Source: Azolla caroliniana
Lineage: Eukaryota; Plantae; Polypodiophyta
Direction: 5' to 3'
Length of the DNA: 64,000 bases
Assembly: GCA_043228905.1 (NCBI GenBank)
Contig: JBHGNT010000005.1
Coordinates: 21,886,001-21,950,000, forward strand
This document shows, one piece after another, positions 23,501 through 34,760 of this stretch (the first letter of the stretch is position 1; every line of letters starts with the position of its first letter). The translations under genes and the position numbers were made by a program. The notes beneath the pieces were generated by a model that was given only the letters and a program-made list of their open reading frames with translations, was not told the DNA's origin and made no database searches.

Positions 23501-25983
23501 TGGAGTATATCGGCATGTGAACTGTCTTCTTATTCCCTGATTACACAAAAAATCAGAAAATTCATTGGAGAAATACTCTCCTCCTCCATCAGATCTCAAA
23601 CATTTTATCCTAGTACCAGCCTGCTTTTCTACCATGCATTTAAACTTACGAAAACAGTCAAATACTTCACTTTTCTCCTTCATGAAGTACACCCATGTCT
23701 TCCGTGAACAATCATCAATAAATGTAACATAAAATCTGCATCCACCAATAGATGCATTCTTTGTTGGTCCCCATACATCTGTATGTACCAAATCCAACAA
23801 ATTTTTGCTTACATGTCTCTCATGAGGGAATGGCAACCTGTTTTGCTTACCATATTGACATGCTTCACATACTTTTCCCATTTCACACTTTTTCAAGTTT
23901 GGCAGTCCAGCCACTGCATCTTTTCTCAACATATTCTTTAATGTTTGCATACTTATATGGCCAATCCTTTTATGCCACATTTCCACATCTGAGATTACAC
24001 TCGTTCCATTTGCAAACATGGCTGAAATCTGTTTGGGCATTTCTACATCCAAGATAAACATTCTTCCTTGTCTCTTCCCTTTTGCAATGAGCTTCCCATT
24101 CTTTTCTATATAGCATCCACTTTGCTTAAACTTCACTTGCATACCTTGCTCTACAATCTGTCCAACAGAAATCAGATTCTTAGCAAGGTTTGCAACATGC
24201 ATCACATTCAACATATACTTGGTTTTTCCTCTTTCTTCCCACAATGGGATATCTCCAACATGTTTTATTTGGTGAGTTGTGTCATCACCTGTTTGTACAT
24301 AACCAGGAACCTCTGGTTCTCTTAAACTCTCAAACCAATTTGCATGTCCAGTCATATGGTTAGATGCCCCCGAGTCTACATACCACGTAAACTCTTCATT
24401 ACATTTCTGTGAGCTTTCAGCCACTGCTGCTATCTCATGTTGCACTACAAAAACACCTTCCTTTTCACAATCTTCACTAGTAGAGGCATAGTTACTCTGT
24501 TGTCCTTTTCCTCTTTTCTCATCATTTTGTTTCTTGTAACATTCAGCCTGTGTATGGCCTGGTTTACCACAATACCAGCAGCCATCATCATTTACATAAG
24601 TTTGCTTACCTCTACCTCGGTTGCTCCCCCTGCCTCTGTTGTTGTTTCCTCCTCTATGAGCTTGTTGTCCTCTTCCTTGAAAACCATTATTATTGGTTCT
24701 TCCTGAGCCAAATCTTCCATGGCCTCTTCCTCGGCCTCTTCCGGCATTATTATAGAGGGCTTGCCCCTCGTTCTCTGAGTTTCCTTTATTTGCATCATCC
24801 ATCTGATTCCTTTCCTCTACCACAAGCATTGAGACCAGATCTGAAAAACTTGGGATACTATCCCTTGTGAGCATAGAAGTTTTAAAACTCTTGTATTGAG
24901 GTCCTAAGCCTCTTAAGCATATTTCCACTTTGTCATCATCTTCTATCTTCACATTGATAGAAGCAAGTGACTCACATATACTCTTGATTTTTAGGGCATA
25001 TTCATTTATTGACATCTTACCTTTCTCCAAGGTATTTAGCTCAGTCTTTAACTGGAGCTTTCTAGCCTTTGTGTTCACAGCAAACAGTTTTACCAAGTTG
25101 TCCCAAGCTTCTTTTGGGAGCATAGCATCTTGTATATGCCCAAGCATTGAATCTGAGATGCTGAGTGATAGCCAATGCATTACTTTCCTTGCCCCTTGAT
25201 TCCAATCTTTAAATGCCTTAATATGTGCAGCTGTTGCATTCTCTTCTGGGATCTCTGGAGCCTCTTCTAGGTCTCCTTCAATGTAATCCCAGTATCCTTT
25301 CCCCATTAGAAAGTTTGTCATTCTGAATTTCCACGCCGGGAAATTGTTTTTATCTAATTTCTCTGTGACCATTTGGCCTACATTCTCTGCAGCCATTTTT
25401 TTCCTTCCAAAAAACCAAGGTTTTGCTTTAGTTACTTCAACAAGTAACTTTCTGATTTCTGATCAGCAACCAGAGAAATAACTTTCTCAGATTAAGGCAC
25501 TGCTATACTCTTCCTTACGAGCTACTCTGCTCTGATACCATGTTAAGAAAACGTGAAGAAGGCACTCGAGCTCTTCTTATGTGCGCGGCGGATCGTAGTG
25601 TGCTGGATCGTTAGCGTGCTCTAAACAGACAGAGAAAGGAAAGGGGACTTACCTCTGTAGTAGCAAAATGGTTTTCTTCTATTACATGTAGAGCTCAACT
25701 TGCTCTCGTCAGTCTTCTGGTCTCTCACTCTCTCTCAGAGTTCTCTACTCACTGTATGTCTTCTTACTGCTTACTTCCTATTCACTCTCACTTACTTTTA
25801 CCTAAGTCATAAGTTATTACACATGCAGCTAATTAGCTGTCAGTCGCTAAATAGCTGTTCACTAGCTAATTAGCTGTCACTAGCTAAATAGCTGTTTTAC
25901 CTTTTTGTTCACTAGTAGCTAAATAGCTACTATAGCTTATTTCTCATAAGCATCGCATACCATGTTGAGCTTGCTTCTCAACA
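20570..25983 (-). mobile_element. Intact young Ty1/Copia LTR retrotransposon B nested in Gypsy A
   Basis: LTRs 20570-21030 (461 bp) and 25541-25983 (443 bp) are identical apart from an 18-bp indel. TSD GTAAC. PBS TGGTATCAGAGC (tRNA-iMet) at 25529-25540. PPT GAGGGGGAG at 21031-21039. Confidence 0.98.
21071..25396 (-). CDS. Copia gag-pol polyprotein (gag, CCHC, protease, integrase, RT, RNase H), 1441 aa, uninterrupted
   Basis: CWYCGKPGHTQAEC, WYVDSGAS, WHKRIGH...CEAC, LRSDGGGEY, YVDD, YTDADWAG, KHIEVHYHFVRE in Copia order. Confidence 0.98.
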   Translation of the reverse strand: MAAENVGQMVTEKLDKNNFPAWKFRMTNFLMGKGYWDYIEGDLEEAPEIPEENATAAHIKAFKDWNQGARKVMHWLSLSISDSMLGHIQDAMLPKEAWDNLVKLFAVNTKARKLQLKTELNTLEKGKMSINEYALKIKSICESLASINVKIEDDDKVEICLRGLGPQYKSFKTSMLTRDSIPSFSDLVSMLVVEERNQMDDANKGNSENEGQALYNNAGRGRGRGHGRFGSGRTNNNGFQGRGQQAHRGGNNNRGRGSNRGRGKQTYVNDDGCWYCGKPGHTQAECYKKQNDEKRGKGQQSNYASTSEDCEKEGVFVVQHEIAAVAESSQKCNEEFTWYVDSGASNHMTGHANWFESLREPEVPGYVQTGDDTTHQIKHVGDIPLWEERGKTKYMLNVMHVANLAKNLISVGQIVEQGMQVKFKQSGCYIEKNGKLIAKGKRQGRMFILDVEMPKQISAMFANGTSVISDVEMWHKRIGHISMQTLKNMLRKDAVAGLPNLKKCEMGKVCEACQYGKQNRLPFPHERHVSKNLLDLVHTDVWGPTKNASIGGCRFYVTFIDDCSRKTWVYFMKEKSEVFDCFRKFKCMVEKQAGTRIKCLRSDGGGEYFSNEFSDFLCNQGIRRQFTCRYTPQQNGVAERKNRTLVNIARAMMTEKNMPLYYWAEAVNTANYILNRCITSGVHEATPEECFYGKKPSLQHLKVFGCLAYVHVPAEVRSKLDPKAEKCIFVGYSEEQKGYRCYNPVTKKIVTSRDVIFDELASWYSPKQNLETDEDCQNEDKDRSENVEDCHRDGDKVGQQSPTSTECSGPSKSSDGKSDSNSWSGKTGQKKSDDKKGKQKMPEYEIPDDLSKNMEDEDSDMSLDDFLGIQEMKIPGMEKAIKNANQKLRRSDREKKIVERFGYDTYMAMHYAYMSKVVQIPDPNSFEEAKSEKKWMDAMQEEIDALAENKTWDLVKLPKEKNVVGCKWVYKTKHDSNGNVSRHKARLVAKGYAQMQGIDYDETFAPVAKMATLRTLLAVGAARKWILHHMDVKNAFLHGNLEEEVYTSQPPGFEDKKHPDYVCKLKKALYGLKQAPRAWHRELSDSLKNLGFKMSKADPSLYVKSENDCIVIILIYVDDLIIGGDSVDEIRKLKKNLEMQFHMKDLGDLRYFLGIEIIRSESGICVLQRQYATTMLKKYGMLGCKPIGVPLDKNCKFRADLGAKIEDVNMYRSMVGSLIYLTITRPDLSYAVGLVSQFMQQPTKPHLDCIRRILRYVKATQNFGLFYRADLDINLEGYTDADWAGSQTDRRSTSGYMFTLGSAGISWSSKKQATVALSSTEAEYRGAAIATCEEVWIRRLLADLGVYIDGAVTIWCDNMSSIQLAKNPVFHARTKHIEVHYHFVREKVMEGEVDLVYVNTNQQVADILTKGLSVEKHTQFRNMMGVVNIDEMAKKQNGKED

Positions 25984-27599
25984 GTAACTGCAGTGAGGGA
26001 GGTCAGGTGGGGCACGAAGGTCGGGAGGGGGGGTGGTGGAAGCGGGGTTGTCATTTGGGCGGGGGCGAGGGTGGGTTGGAGAGGAACTGCCGAGGTTGCG
26101 GTCGGGGGTCGGTCGGGGGTTTCAGTGTCGGGAGCGGTGTGGCGGGCGAGTTTATGGGGTCGGGGTTGCGGGGTGTCGTCGTCGGTGGTGGACGAGAAAG
26201 GTGGGGTAGTTGTGGCTGGAGTGGGGGGAGAGGATTCGTGGGGTGGAGGGGTTGGCGAGGTAGGTGGAGGCGGGGTTGGCGGGTTCCGTTGGTCGCGTAA
26301 GATTGACTCAGTGGTGCAACTGCGGGAACGCGGAGTCGTGGTTGTGGTCTGATGTGACACATAGTGGAAAGTGGTGGACAAGGCTTGGATTTCAGTGGGG
26401 GTGAACTCGTGTGTTTGGAATTCCTTGACACGATTCGTGATATCCTCAGGGGTGTCGAGGTTAGCTTCGGCTGACACGTGGGTGATCAGGGGTTGTTTGT
26501 GTGCTGGTGGCCGTGCCTGTTCGCCTTGGTGCACTTGTCGTAAAAAGTCGCGTTCAGGTAGACGAAGGCGTTCGAGTTGACCTGGGACAATGATCTTGCG
26601 GAAGCGTTCTTGGCAGCGTACGAAGGGAGGGGTGGGGGGTCCGATGCTGAACTTGGTGCACAAGTAGCGGGTGAGGAACCACGCGAAATCGACAGTCGAT
26701 TTGGGCCATGTGTGCCATTCTCGAACCCGGCGGACAAGCTCGTGAGCCCACTAGACTGGTTGTGGATCATGTGCCCACTTGAGGTACTCACCGGTGATAC
26801 GAGCGGTGGCGTCGGTAGATGCGGTGTCGCCAATTTGGGTTATGGCGCTACAACGGTCATGGAGATGGAGAGGGATTTCGGTGTAACACCACCCTTCACA
26901 TCCAGAATATTCGGCGTAGGCGACAAGAATGATGCCGAGGACAACCCCCGGGGTCCTCGTGGTGCGGAAGGGGGTGCCCTCGAGGGGTAAATGCAGCGTA
27001 GCACAAACGTCGGCCGCGGTGAACTGGAATGCGACGGGGGGGGAGTCTACGAAAGGCTGCATATTGACGTGGCCCGTATCGGGGTTGTACCCGATGAGGA
27101 AACGGTTGACCAGTTCAGGTAGGACGCCCCACGGCCCGATCCTGAGGAAGAACTTGAGGCCAAGTCGTGAGAGCGTGGCGAACACGTCGGGTTCGAGGTA
27201 CTTGAGCTGCGTGGCGGCCGTGGGAACCCGGTAAGTACATCGGGTATTGTTGAACACCGTTGGAATGACTAAGGAACCGCACCCTGCGTCGGGGTAGTAT
27301 GCGTGGAGGAGTTTGATAAATTGGGGAGGCGTCATCGTTGGCAACCCGAGGCGGCGACCGGCGCAGGCAACTGGTGGAGGAGGGGCGGGGCTGCTGAGGG
27401 TGGGAGAAAGCCACAACAGAGATTGGGGGGGGCAAGGGGAGGAATAGTGTGAGCGGGGAGGAATAGTGTGAGCGGGGAGGGGAGGAAGACTGCTGCAGAG
27501 TGTGGAAGCGTGGAGTGAGAAGGGAGGGGACAAGCAGAAAGAGGAGGGTGAAAAAAAAAGGAGGGAGGGGAGGCAAAGCAAAGAAGAAGGAGAAAAAAG

Positions 27600-27878
27600 A
27601 AGAAGAAGAAGAAGAAGAAGAAGGAGAAAAACGAAAGAAAAGAAAAAGCAATAAAAAAAAATAAAAATAAAAATAAAAATAAATAAAAATAAAAAAATAA
27701 AAATAAAAATAAAAAAAATAAAAAAATAAAAAAAATAAAAAAACAAAAAAATAAAATAAATAAAACAAAAATAAAATAAAAAACTAAATAGATAATAAAT
27801 AAATAAATAAAATTAACAAACAACAAAAATAATAGAAAATAGAAAATAAAACAAAAAATAAAATAAAAAATAAAAAAG
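27600..27878. repeat. A-rich (element-sense U-rich) low-complexity spacer between pol and the accessory ORF
   Basis: (AGA)n then AAAAAT-type runs. Confidence 0.9.
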
Positions 27879-28112
27879 GATTCGGATACCGATGGTGAGG
27901 GCGGTCTAAACGGGGGTCTCCGGGGAACGTGGTAGGGGATTGGGTAAATTAAGGGCTTTTGAGGAACCTTGAGGATGCGACTGTGGAGGGAGTGTCACTC
28001 GGGTATCGTGTGAGGTTCCGGATCCGTGACTTTTAAGGATCCAAACCTGCGGCATGTTTGTTAAGGGGGTGTGGAGGATTTGTGAAACTTTCCTACGGGG
28101 TGTTCAGTCTCT

Positions 28113-30120
28113 CTATTGTTTAGGCTTGTCGCTTCCTGTGGCTTTAGCCTGGGCGGGATACCGGGCTGATGTGTGTGCTTTTCGGGTGTCCCCTGCAGGC
28201 GTGGTATGATCGCGACTGGGGAGTCGGCTTCGTTTCGAGACCCAAAAGCTAGTGGCACCTTTGTACCAACCTTGTGCTATTGTGGGTGTCTTTTTGACTC
28301 GCCAAATGGCGGGTTCTCCACAACGTTGCCCATCCGCAAAAACAACGTGAACATTCACCCATTCCCGTGGTTTGGGTGTCCGTGTTCTGTCGTCAACGTC
28401 GCGCTGGTCTTGGGTGGCCAGTGGGTGTTGGCGTTTGGTTTGGTTGAGCGACTCCGCGTCTTGGGGTTCATCGATGTCCCCTGCAGGCGTGGTATGATCG
28501 AGACTGGGGAGTCGGCTTCGTTTCGGGACCCAGAAGCTAGTGGCGCCATTGTGCCACCCTTGTGCGGTTGTGAGTATTTTCCTGACTCGCCATACCGCAC
28601 GCTCTCCGTAGTGTGGGCCTTCAACGAACACAGCGTGGACGTTCACCCATTCTCTTAGTTTGGGTGTTTGTGTTCTATTGTTAGTGTCGCGTTGGCTATG
28701 GGCGGCCGGTGGGTGTCGGTGTGTTGCTTGTTTGGGTAGCTCCACGCTTTGGGGGTCAGCGAGGACAACGGGATGTGATTCGAGTGTTGTTGCGAGGAGG
28801 TCCTCGGACTTCAGCCCACCTCCTGTTTGAAAAGAGACGATGTGTTTGCTGGGTGATAGGAGACATTCGCTTATGCGACACCAATCTAAACCGAGGAGGC
28901 ATTGTGTGTGCATCACTCCGGGTGGGAGTACCCGAACTTGGATTAAGTGCGCGCTATATTCTGTCTTGATGTTACACCCGAAGATTCCCAGGCAACGTGA
29001 CGTAGACCCATCGAAGCCACGGAAGTTGTCGGTGCACACTTCGAGGTTTGGGCAACCTAGACGTCGCTTCAATTTCGCTTGCATGTTGCGCAGGTCGGTT
29101 TCGAGCCGGGCCATTCGGCCTTCGGAGGCTTTAAGTTTGGTCTCTACCTCTCGTTGCCGAGCCGTGAGTAGAGCCTTGAGTGTGAGGAGTCCATAGTAAC
29201 GTTTGAGCTTGCTCCCATTAATGAACCCGGGGATGTCAAAACCTTCGATCGTGCGTAGGCGACATGCTCCTGTCTTGGTAACCTCCGAAACCACATACGG
29301 GCCTTCGCGCCGTAGCTTCAACTTCTTCTTGTGTCGTTGAGAGGAGAATTTGAGGGCCATGTCGCCTTCTACGAGGTCTTTGTTCTTGACTTTATTGTCG
29401 TGCCACACCTTTCTATTGGCTTTCTCTGCCAAGAGTGCCTGGAATGCGAGAAGGCGAGTTTCTGTCAGTCGTTCTAGGTTCTCTAGGCGTGACGGGAGGG
29501 GGTCCCCTTCCCATCGTTCCTGTACGGCGATCCTGAGGCTGGGGACAAGGAACTCGATGGGTAATACTGCTTCTTGCTCGTACACCAGTTTGAATGGTGT
29601 GTGGCGAGTTGCGACTTTGTAGGAAGTACGGAAAGCCCATAATGCTGCTTGGAGTTTGGTGCTCCAATCAGATCGGGAGGCAACGACTATCTTTGTGAGT
29701 ACTGCACATAGCACCTTATTCGTGCTTTCTGCTTGTCCGTTGCATCGAGGGTAATAAGGAGAACTTTTGCTGTGTGTCACCATAAACTCGCCTAATAAAT
29801 GTGCTATCACCTCATTCAAGAAATGTGAGCCTTCGTCACTAATGATTTCGAGCGGACATCCAAACCGTACGATGACATTTTCATATAGGAATTTGGCGGT
29901 ACTACGCGCGTCGGCGTTAACGCAAGCTTTCGCTTCAACCCACTTGGTGGCGTAGTCGGTGGCGGTTATTATATATCGGTTGAGGTTGGAAGCTGGGCTG
30001 ATTGGGCCGATAAAGTCGATACCCCATTTCTCGAATGGTTGCCATGCCACCACCGAGTTTAACGTATTAAAATCCGCTTTTAGCGGGTGTTTGAAATGTT
30101 GGCACTCGTCACAGCGACGT
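28113..30120 (-). CDS. Gypsy A integrase core and C-terminus with a long in-frame extension (coiled coil, protease-like segment, two 96-aa repeats)
   Basis: WGIDFIGP, TDYATKWVEA, ISDEGSHF, NGQAESTNK, GPY.V, INGSKLKRYY, then ~360 more in-frame residues. Confidence 0.9.
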
Positions 30121-30764
30121 ACGTTGTCGCGTTGTTACGCGCGTGCGTGGAGAAACAAGGCGGGACCGCCGGGGTCTTGAACCGAAGAGCAGGTGATAGG
30201 AGGGGAAAGAGAAAGAGAAAGACGACCGGTAACGTACGAGCAAAGAAACACAGGGACACGACCCGTCAACGCAGAAAACACGAATGGACACAGAGACGGA
30301 GAGACACGAATGTTTGTATATTAACAAATGACACAAAACAACAGAGCACACGAGCGGTTACAACCGACCAGGCCGACGAACAGATGCCGATGCCTATTCG
30401 TTTGCGCACGAAAGGGGATAGGATGGAGGTGCTGCCGGAAGCACACGGGCGTTCCTCGAAGCAGCACGAGCCTCCCGAATCCTGCAGAGAAGAGCGATGG
30501 AGAATGAATAGAGGAGAAGCTTTCGGTTACGGTTCGACAACACTTCGTCCTCCTCAATGCGCGATCCCCTTCTCCCCTGTGTCTCCCTCTTCTTTATAGC
30601 GTCCAGAAGGGGGCCGTCTCCCTCATTTACTTCCTACCTACCGAATCTAACTACCCAGGATATACCTATGTACCTATTCCCCTATTATATACATTAAGGG
30701 CGCGCATGCGCGAAGAGCCGGTTCACGCGCGCTATGCACCGATTGCGCTAAGGGACGGTTTTCT

Positions 30765-33700
30765 TCACGACATCCGCCCCCACCTAACCGCGCATCCACC
30801 GGTATGCGCCAAAATTGGGTTCTGGTTGGAGAAAACCGGTCCAGATTCCGGTTCTTCGTCCATCGGTTCATCCTCCGCTTCGGACTGTTTGTCGTCGCTG
30901 TCCAGGCCTCTTAGATCCGGTTCGCCGTCGTGGCGCTTGAACGCTTTGATCCGCTTCCCTGCTACCGGTATCGCCATCCTCGTACCGTCGAGTTTCGCCA
31001 GGTGATACATCCCGTTGTCGTTGGCGCTCGTTACCATGTAAGGCCCGAACCACCGCTTCGCAAACTTTCGTGTTGCTCGGTGCTGGTTGTCGAGGCTGCT
31101 GTCGTAGACTAGCACCCAGTCGCCTTCCTCGATTTTCTTTGGTCGGAGCCGGTGCGTTCGGTTGAACCGGGCTTTGTTCTTCATCCTCGCCGTCCGAAGT
31201 CTCTCCGCCGCTCGTTCCACGTCCTCTGGCCTCCGCTCGAGCTGCCGTATACGCGCCGCTACCTGTTCTTCCCGACCCATCTCGTCTCTCTAGTCTACTG
31301 TCGCCCAAGAGGAGATCGTCCGTTCCATCGGCATGATCGGCTTCTGTCCAAACATGAGCTCTGACGGCATGAACCCGGTTACTGAAATGTGCGTTGTCCG
31401 GTCCGCCCACAAGGCATAGGGTAACAGTCGTGGCCAGTTCCCGACCTGGCCTTCGCACGCCCGGACTAGCGCTTTGACAATCGGCCCGTGTCCGCGCTCC
31501 ACCTTCCCGTTCGCCTCCGGATTGTACGCTGTGGTGAGCGAGAGCTTGACCCCTAACCGGTCGAATAGCTCCTCGGCCTCTTCGGCGTCCAACTCCCCGC
31601 GGTCAGCCACGATCTTCCCGACGCACCCGTACCGGCATATCACGTCCTCGATCAGGAACTGACACACGACCGTGGTCGTTTTGTTCTGCAGGGCTCGGCC
31701 TTCCACCTGGTTTGTCAGGTCCTCCCGGGCCAGCACCAGATATCGCATCTGCGCTGCGCCCATCAGCATCGTCACCAAATCTACCATCCATTTGAAGTGG
31801 ATGGCCGGAGGGTATGTAGGGTGAAGCTCGTCCCGATGTCGGACTATGGAGTGTATCTGATAGCTCTCACAAGTCGTCACAAACCGATGCACGTCCCGGT
31901 ACAGTCCCGGCCACCAGTACTTCCCCTTTAGTTTCTCCGCTGTGGTGAGCGAGAGCTTGACCCCTAACCGGTCGAATAGCTCCTCGGCCTCTTCGGCGTC
32001 CAACTCCCTGCGGTCAGCCACGATCTTCCTGACGCACCCGTACCGACATATCACGTCCTCGATCAGGAACCGACACACGGCCGCGGTCGTTTTGTTCTGC
32101 AGGGCTCGGCCTTCCACCTGGTTCGTCAGGTCCTCCCGGGCCAGCACCAGATATCGCATCTGCCCTGCGCCCATCGGCATCGTCACCAAATCTACCATCC
32201 ATTTGAAGTGGATGGCCGGAGGGTATGTAGGGTGAAGCTTGTCCCGATGTCGGACTATGGAGTGTATCTGACAGCTCTCACAAGTTGTCACGAACCGATG
32301 CACGTCCCGGTACAGTCCCGGCCACCGGTACTTCCCCTTTAGTTTCTCGAACGTGGCCCACGTCCCACGGTGTCCAGCCCAGGGGCTGTCGTGGTAGGCC
32401 TTCAGCAACTCCTCCTGTTCCTCCTTCATCGCCACTACTCGGAGCGGGATGCCGTTTCTCTTCTTCGGGTGCTTCCACAAGTATCCGTCCCGGAGAAAGA
32501 ATTGGTACGCTTTCTTCCAGATCCGGTTGGCCTCATCCTTTGTCCATGACGCGTCCGGCGTCATCATCCTTAAGAATTCTCCAATCTGCAGCCACTCCCC
32601 ATCGTACTTGCTCTCGTTAAAATCGTTAAGCGCTGGAGTGCTCCCCCCCTCGGTTGTTACGTGAGCCGCCTCGAAGAAGTCCACGCCGACTTCCTCGTCC
32701 TCCGAAACCATGCCGCCCTCGTCGTCGAATCGTGCCCTCGAAAGCATGTCGGCCATGGCATTGTCTTTCCCGGAAATGTGTCGTATTTCCGGATCCAGGG
32801 ACTTGATGTACGCTATCCACCTAAGCATTGCTAGGTCCGGGGTTGCGCATCCGGAAACCATGCTGAGAATCGGCAGGCTGTCCATCTCGATAATCACCTC
32901 TGTCCCGATCAGATAGTCTTAATCGGCCTTCACCGCCGAAACGATACCCCAGAGTTCGCGTTTAACCTGGGCGTATCCTCGCTGTCGCTCGTTGAGGACC
33001 TTCGCACCGAACCAGATTGGGAACCGAATGCCGTCCTCATCTTCTTGGTTGACAACCCATCCGATCCTGGTCGGACTCGTATCTACCGTTATGTAGACGG
33101 GAGTGCCTTTCTCGTAGACAGCCTTCCGGAGTGCCGGAGCTGCAGCAAGAGCCTCCTTCATCTTTCGGATGGACTCCGTATGCTCGTCTCACCACTCGAA
33201 ATTTCGCCCCTTTTTCAGCAACCCGTATAGCGGCTCGGCAACGTGGGCGTAATGCGGGATCCATATGTGGTAGAACGCGCATGCTCCCAAGAACCTCCGT
33301 ACCTCCGTGACCGAGTTACAGTCGGGCTTCATTGCGGAGATGGCTTCCACCTTAGCCGGAGACGGTTTCCGGCCATACGGTCCGCATAGATGTCCGATGA
33401 TCATGATCTTTGATTGCTTGAAGGCCGATTTCTCCCCGGAGAAGGTGAGCCTCGCGTCCTCTAGCGTCTGCAGCACCCTCTCGCAGTCGTCAATGTGTGT
33501 CGCCACGAATTTCCGGCATCCGTCCGGTCCGATCGTTTCGTTCTTTTTCTCCACCGGACATCCCTTGATCGGGATGTCATCCAAGAATGGAATGGTGATG
33601 TCCGGGATACAATCCCTTAGCACCTTGTTCATCGCATTCACCATGTGGGCCACCGAGTTCGTCCCTCCTTGTGGCAGGGTACACATCCGCACTAGGCCGA

Positions 33701-34760
33701 GAGGAGTCCGCATCGTCGTAATGTCTCTGCTCTCCACGGCTAGTTGGAACTGATCGTACCCCGAGTACAGATCACCGACCGAGTAGATCGACCTTCCGGC
33801 GAAGGCCTCCGCGAACTCGTCTATCGTTGGTCCGATTCTTGCGTTCCGAATGGTCACTCTGTTGACCGGTTGCAGGTCTTGAATGAAGCGCAATGTCCCG
33901 TTCTTCTTCGGTACGGTAAACCACCGGTTCGAGTACGGGGCACTCGACGGTTCGAGGATGCCCATATCGACTTTCTGCCTCAACAGCTCCATCAGCTCCG
34001 GGATGTGAGCTCTTGGTACCGGAATTGGTTTGAGATTCCACGGCACATGCGGTACCGTGAATATCACCATCGGCTTTATGACTGTCGGGTCTACGCACCT
34101 GATTTCTTCCGGTGAGAATGCGAAGGCTTTCCCGTGCCTTCCGAGCATTCTCCTAAACCAGTCTTCTTCCGCCGGTAGTAGGAACCCGCCCCCACCGATT
34201 TTGAGCTCCCGTAGCGTTCTGTCGGTGAAGGTGTGTCCTATGCAGGCTGGATCATGTAAACTGGGGTCTGACGCGACCCCTTTTATTCGCAACTCGCTGC
34301 CCTCCGGTAAGGGTGCCGCGACTGGCCTTACCTTCCGGTCCACAATCTTGTACTTCGTGTTAACCCGGGCCGTCCGATCCGACTCGAGCCCTCGACTGAA
34401 GTCCGCGATGACTTCATACATCTCTTCTGAACAAACCGGTATCGTCCGGTCCTCTTTAAGGCCCTCTCCGACCACCTCTCGCAGTATTCCCAAGGTAGCG
34501 TCGAAGGAGACCACCTCCACGGCTCCGTTGATTTCCTCGCTGGGCCCGAGAACTCCGCACGCCCGAAGTCGCTCTTCCGCCCTTGTCTTTTCTCGGCCTA
34601 CGACGCCGACTATCGTACACCCTCCGTTGTCGGAGAAACAAAACTTCCTACTTATGGTACAAGGTTTCTTCGGTTTCGCCTCTATCGTACATTTGTGGGG
34701 TTTTCCCGGAGTGTCCGGATTGTCGCGGCCCCACGCCTTGACAGCCCTCTCTAAAAATCC
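30765..34760 (-). pseudogene. Element C pol (RT, RNase H, integrase) with stops and frameshifts
   Basis: RFIQDLQPVN, GDLYSGYDQ, LPQGGTNSVA, PFLDD, VDTSP, HDSPWAGHRG...CESCQ, NGKVERGH, WFGPY across ORFs 33189-35060, 32919-33161, 31290-32897 and 30765-31280. Confidence 0.92.
31527..32348 (-). repeat. 411-bp in-frame tandem duplication inside element C integrase
   Basis: 31527-31937 and 31938-32348 are near-identical. The protein repeats EKLKGKY.WPGLYRDVHRFV...KLSLTTA. Confidence 0.95.

Larger units (their letters stand above)
17896..27335 (-). pseudogene. Large accessory ORF of Gypsy A downstream of pol (~1340 aa reconstructed), split by Copia B
   Basis: ORF pieces 26751-27335, 25984-26750, 19646-20564 and ~19340-19645 share one frame once Copia B is removed. 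One frameshift near a G-run at ~19345 then leads into the frame of 17896-19071. Confidence 0.7.

Noticed and set aside
27115-27826. Very hydrophobic Phe-rich ORF starts suggesting a membrane or envelope protein
   Set aside because: Produced by the T-rich low-complexity spacer in all three frames; the credible start is ATG 27335.
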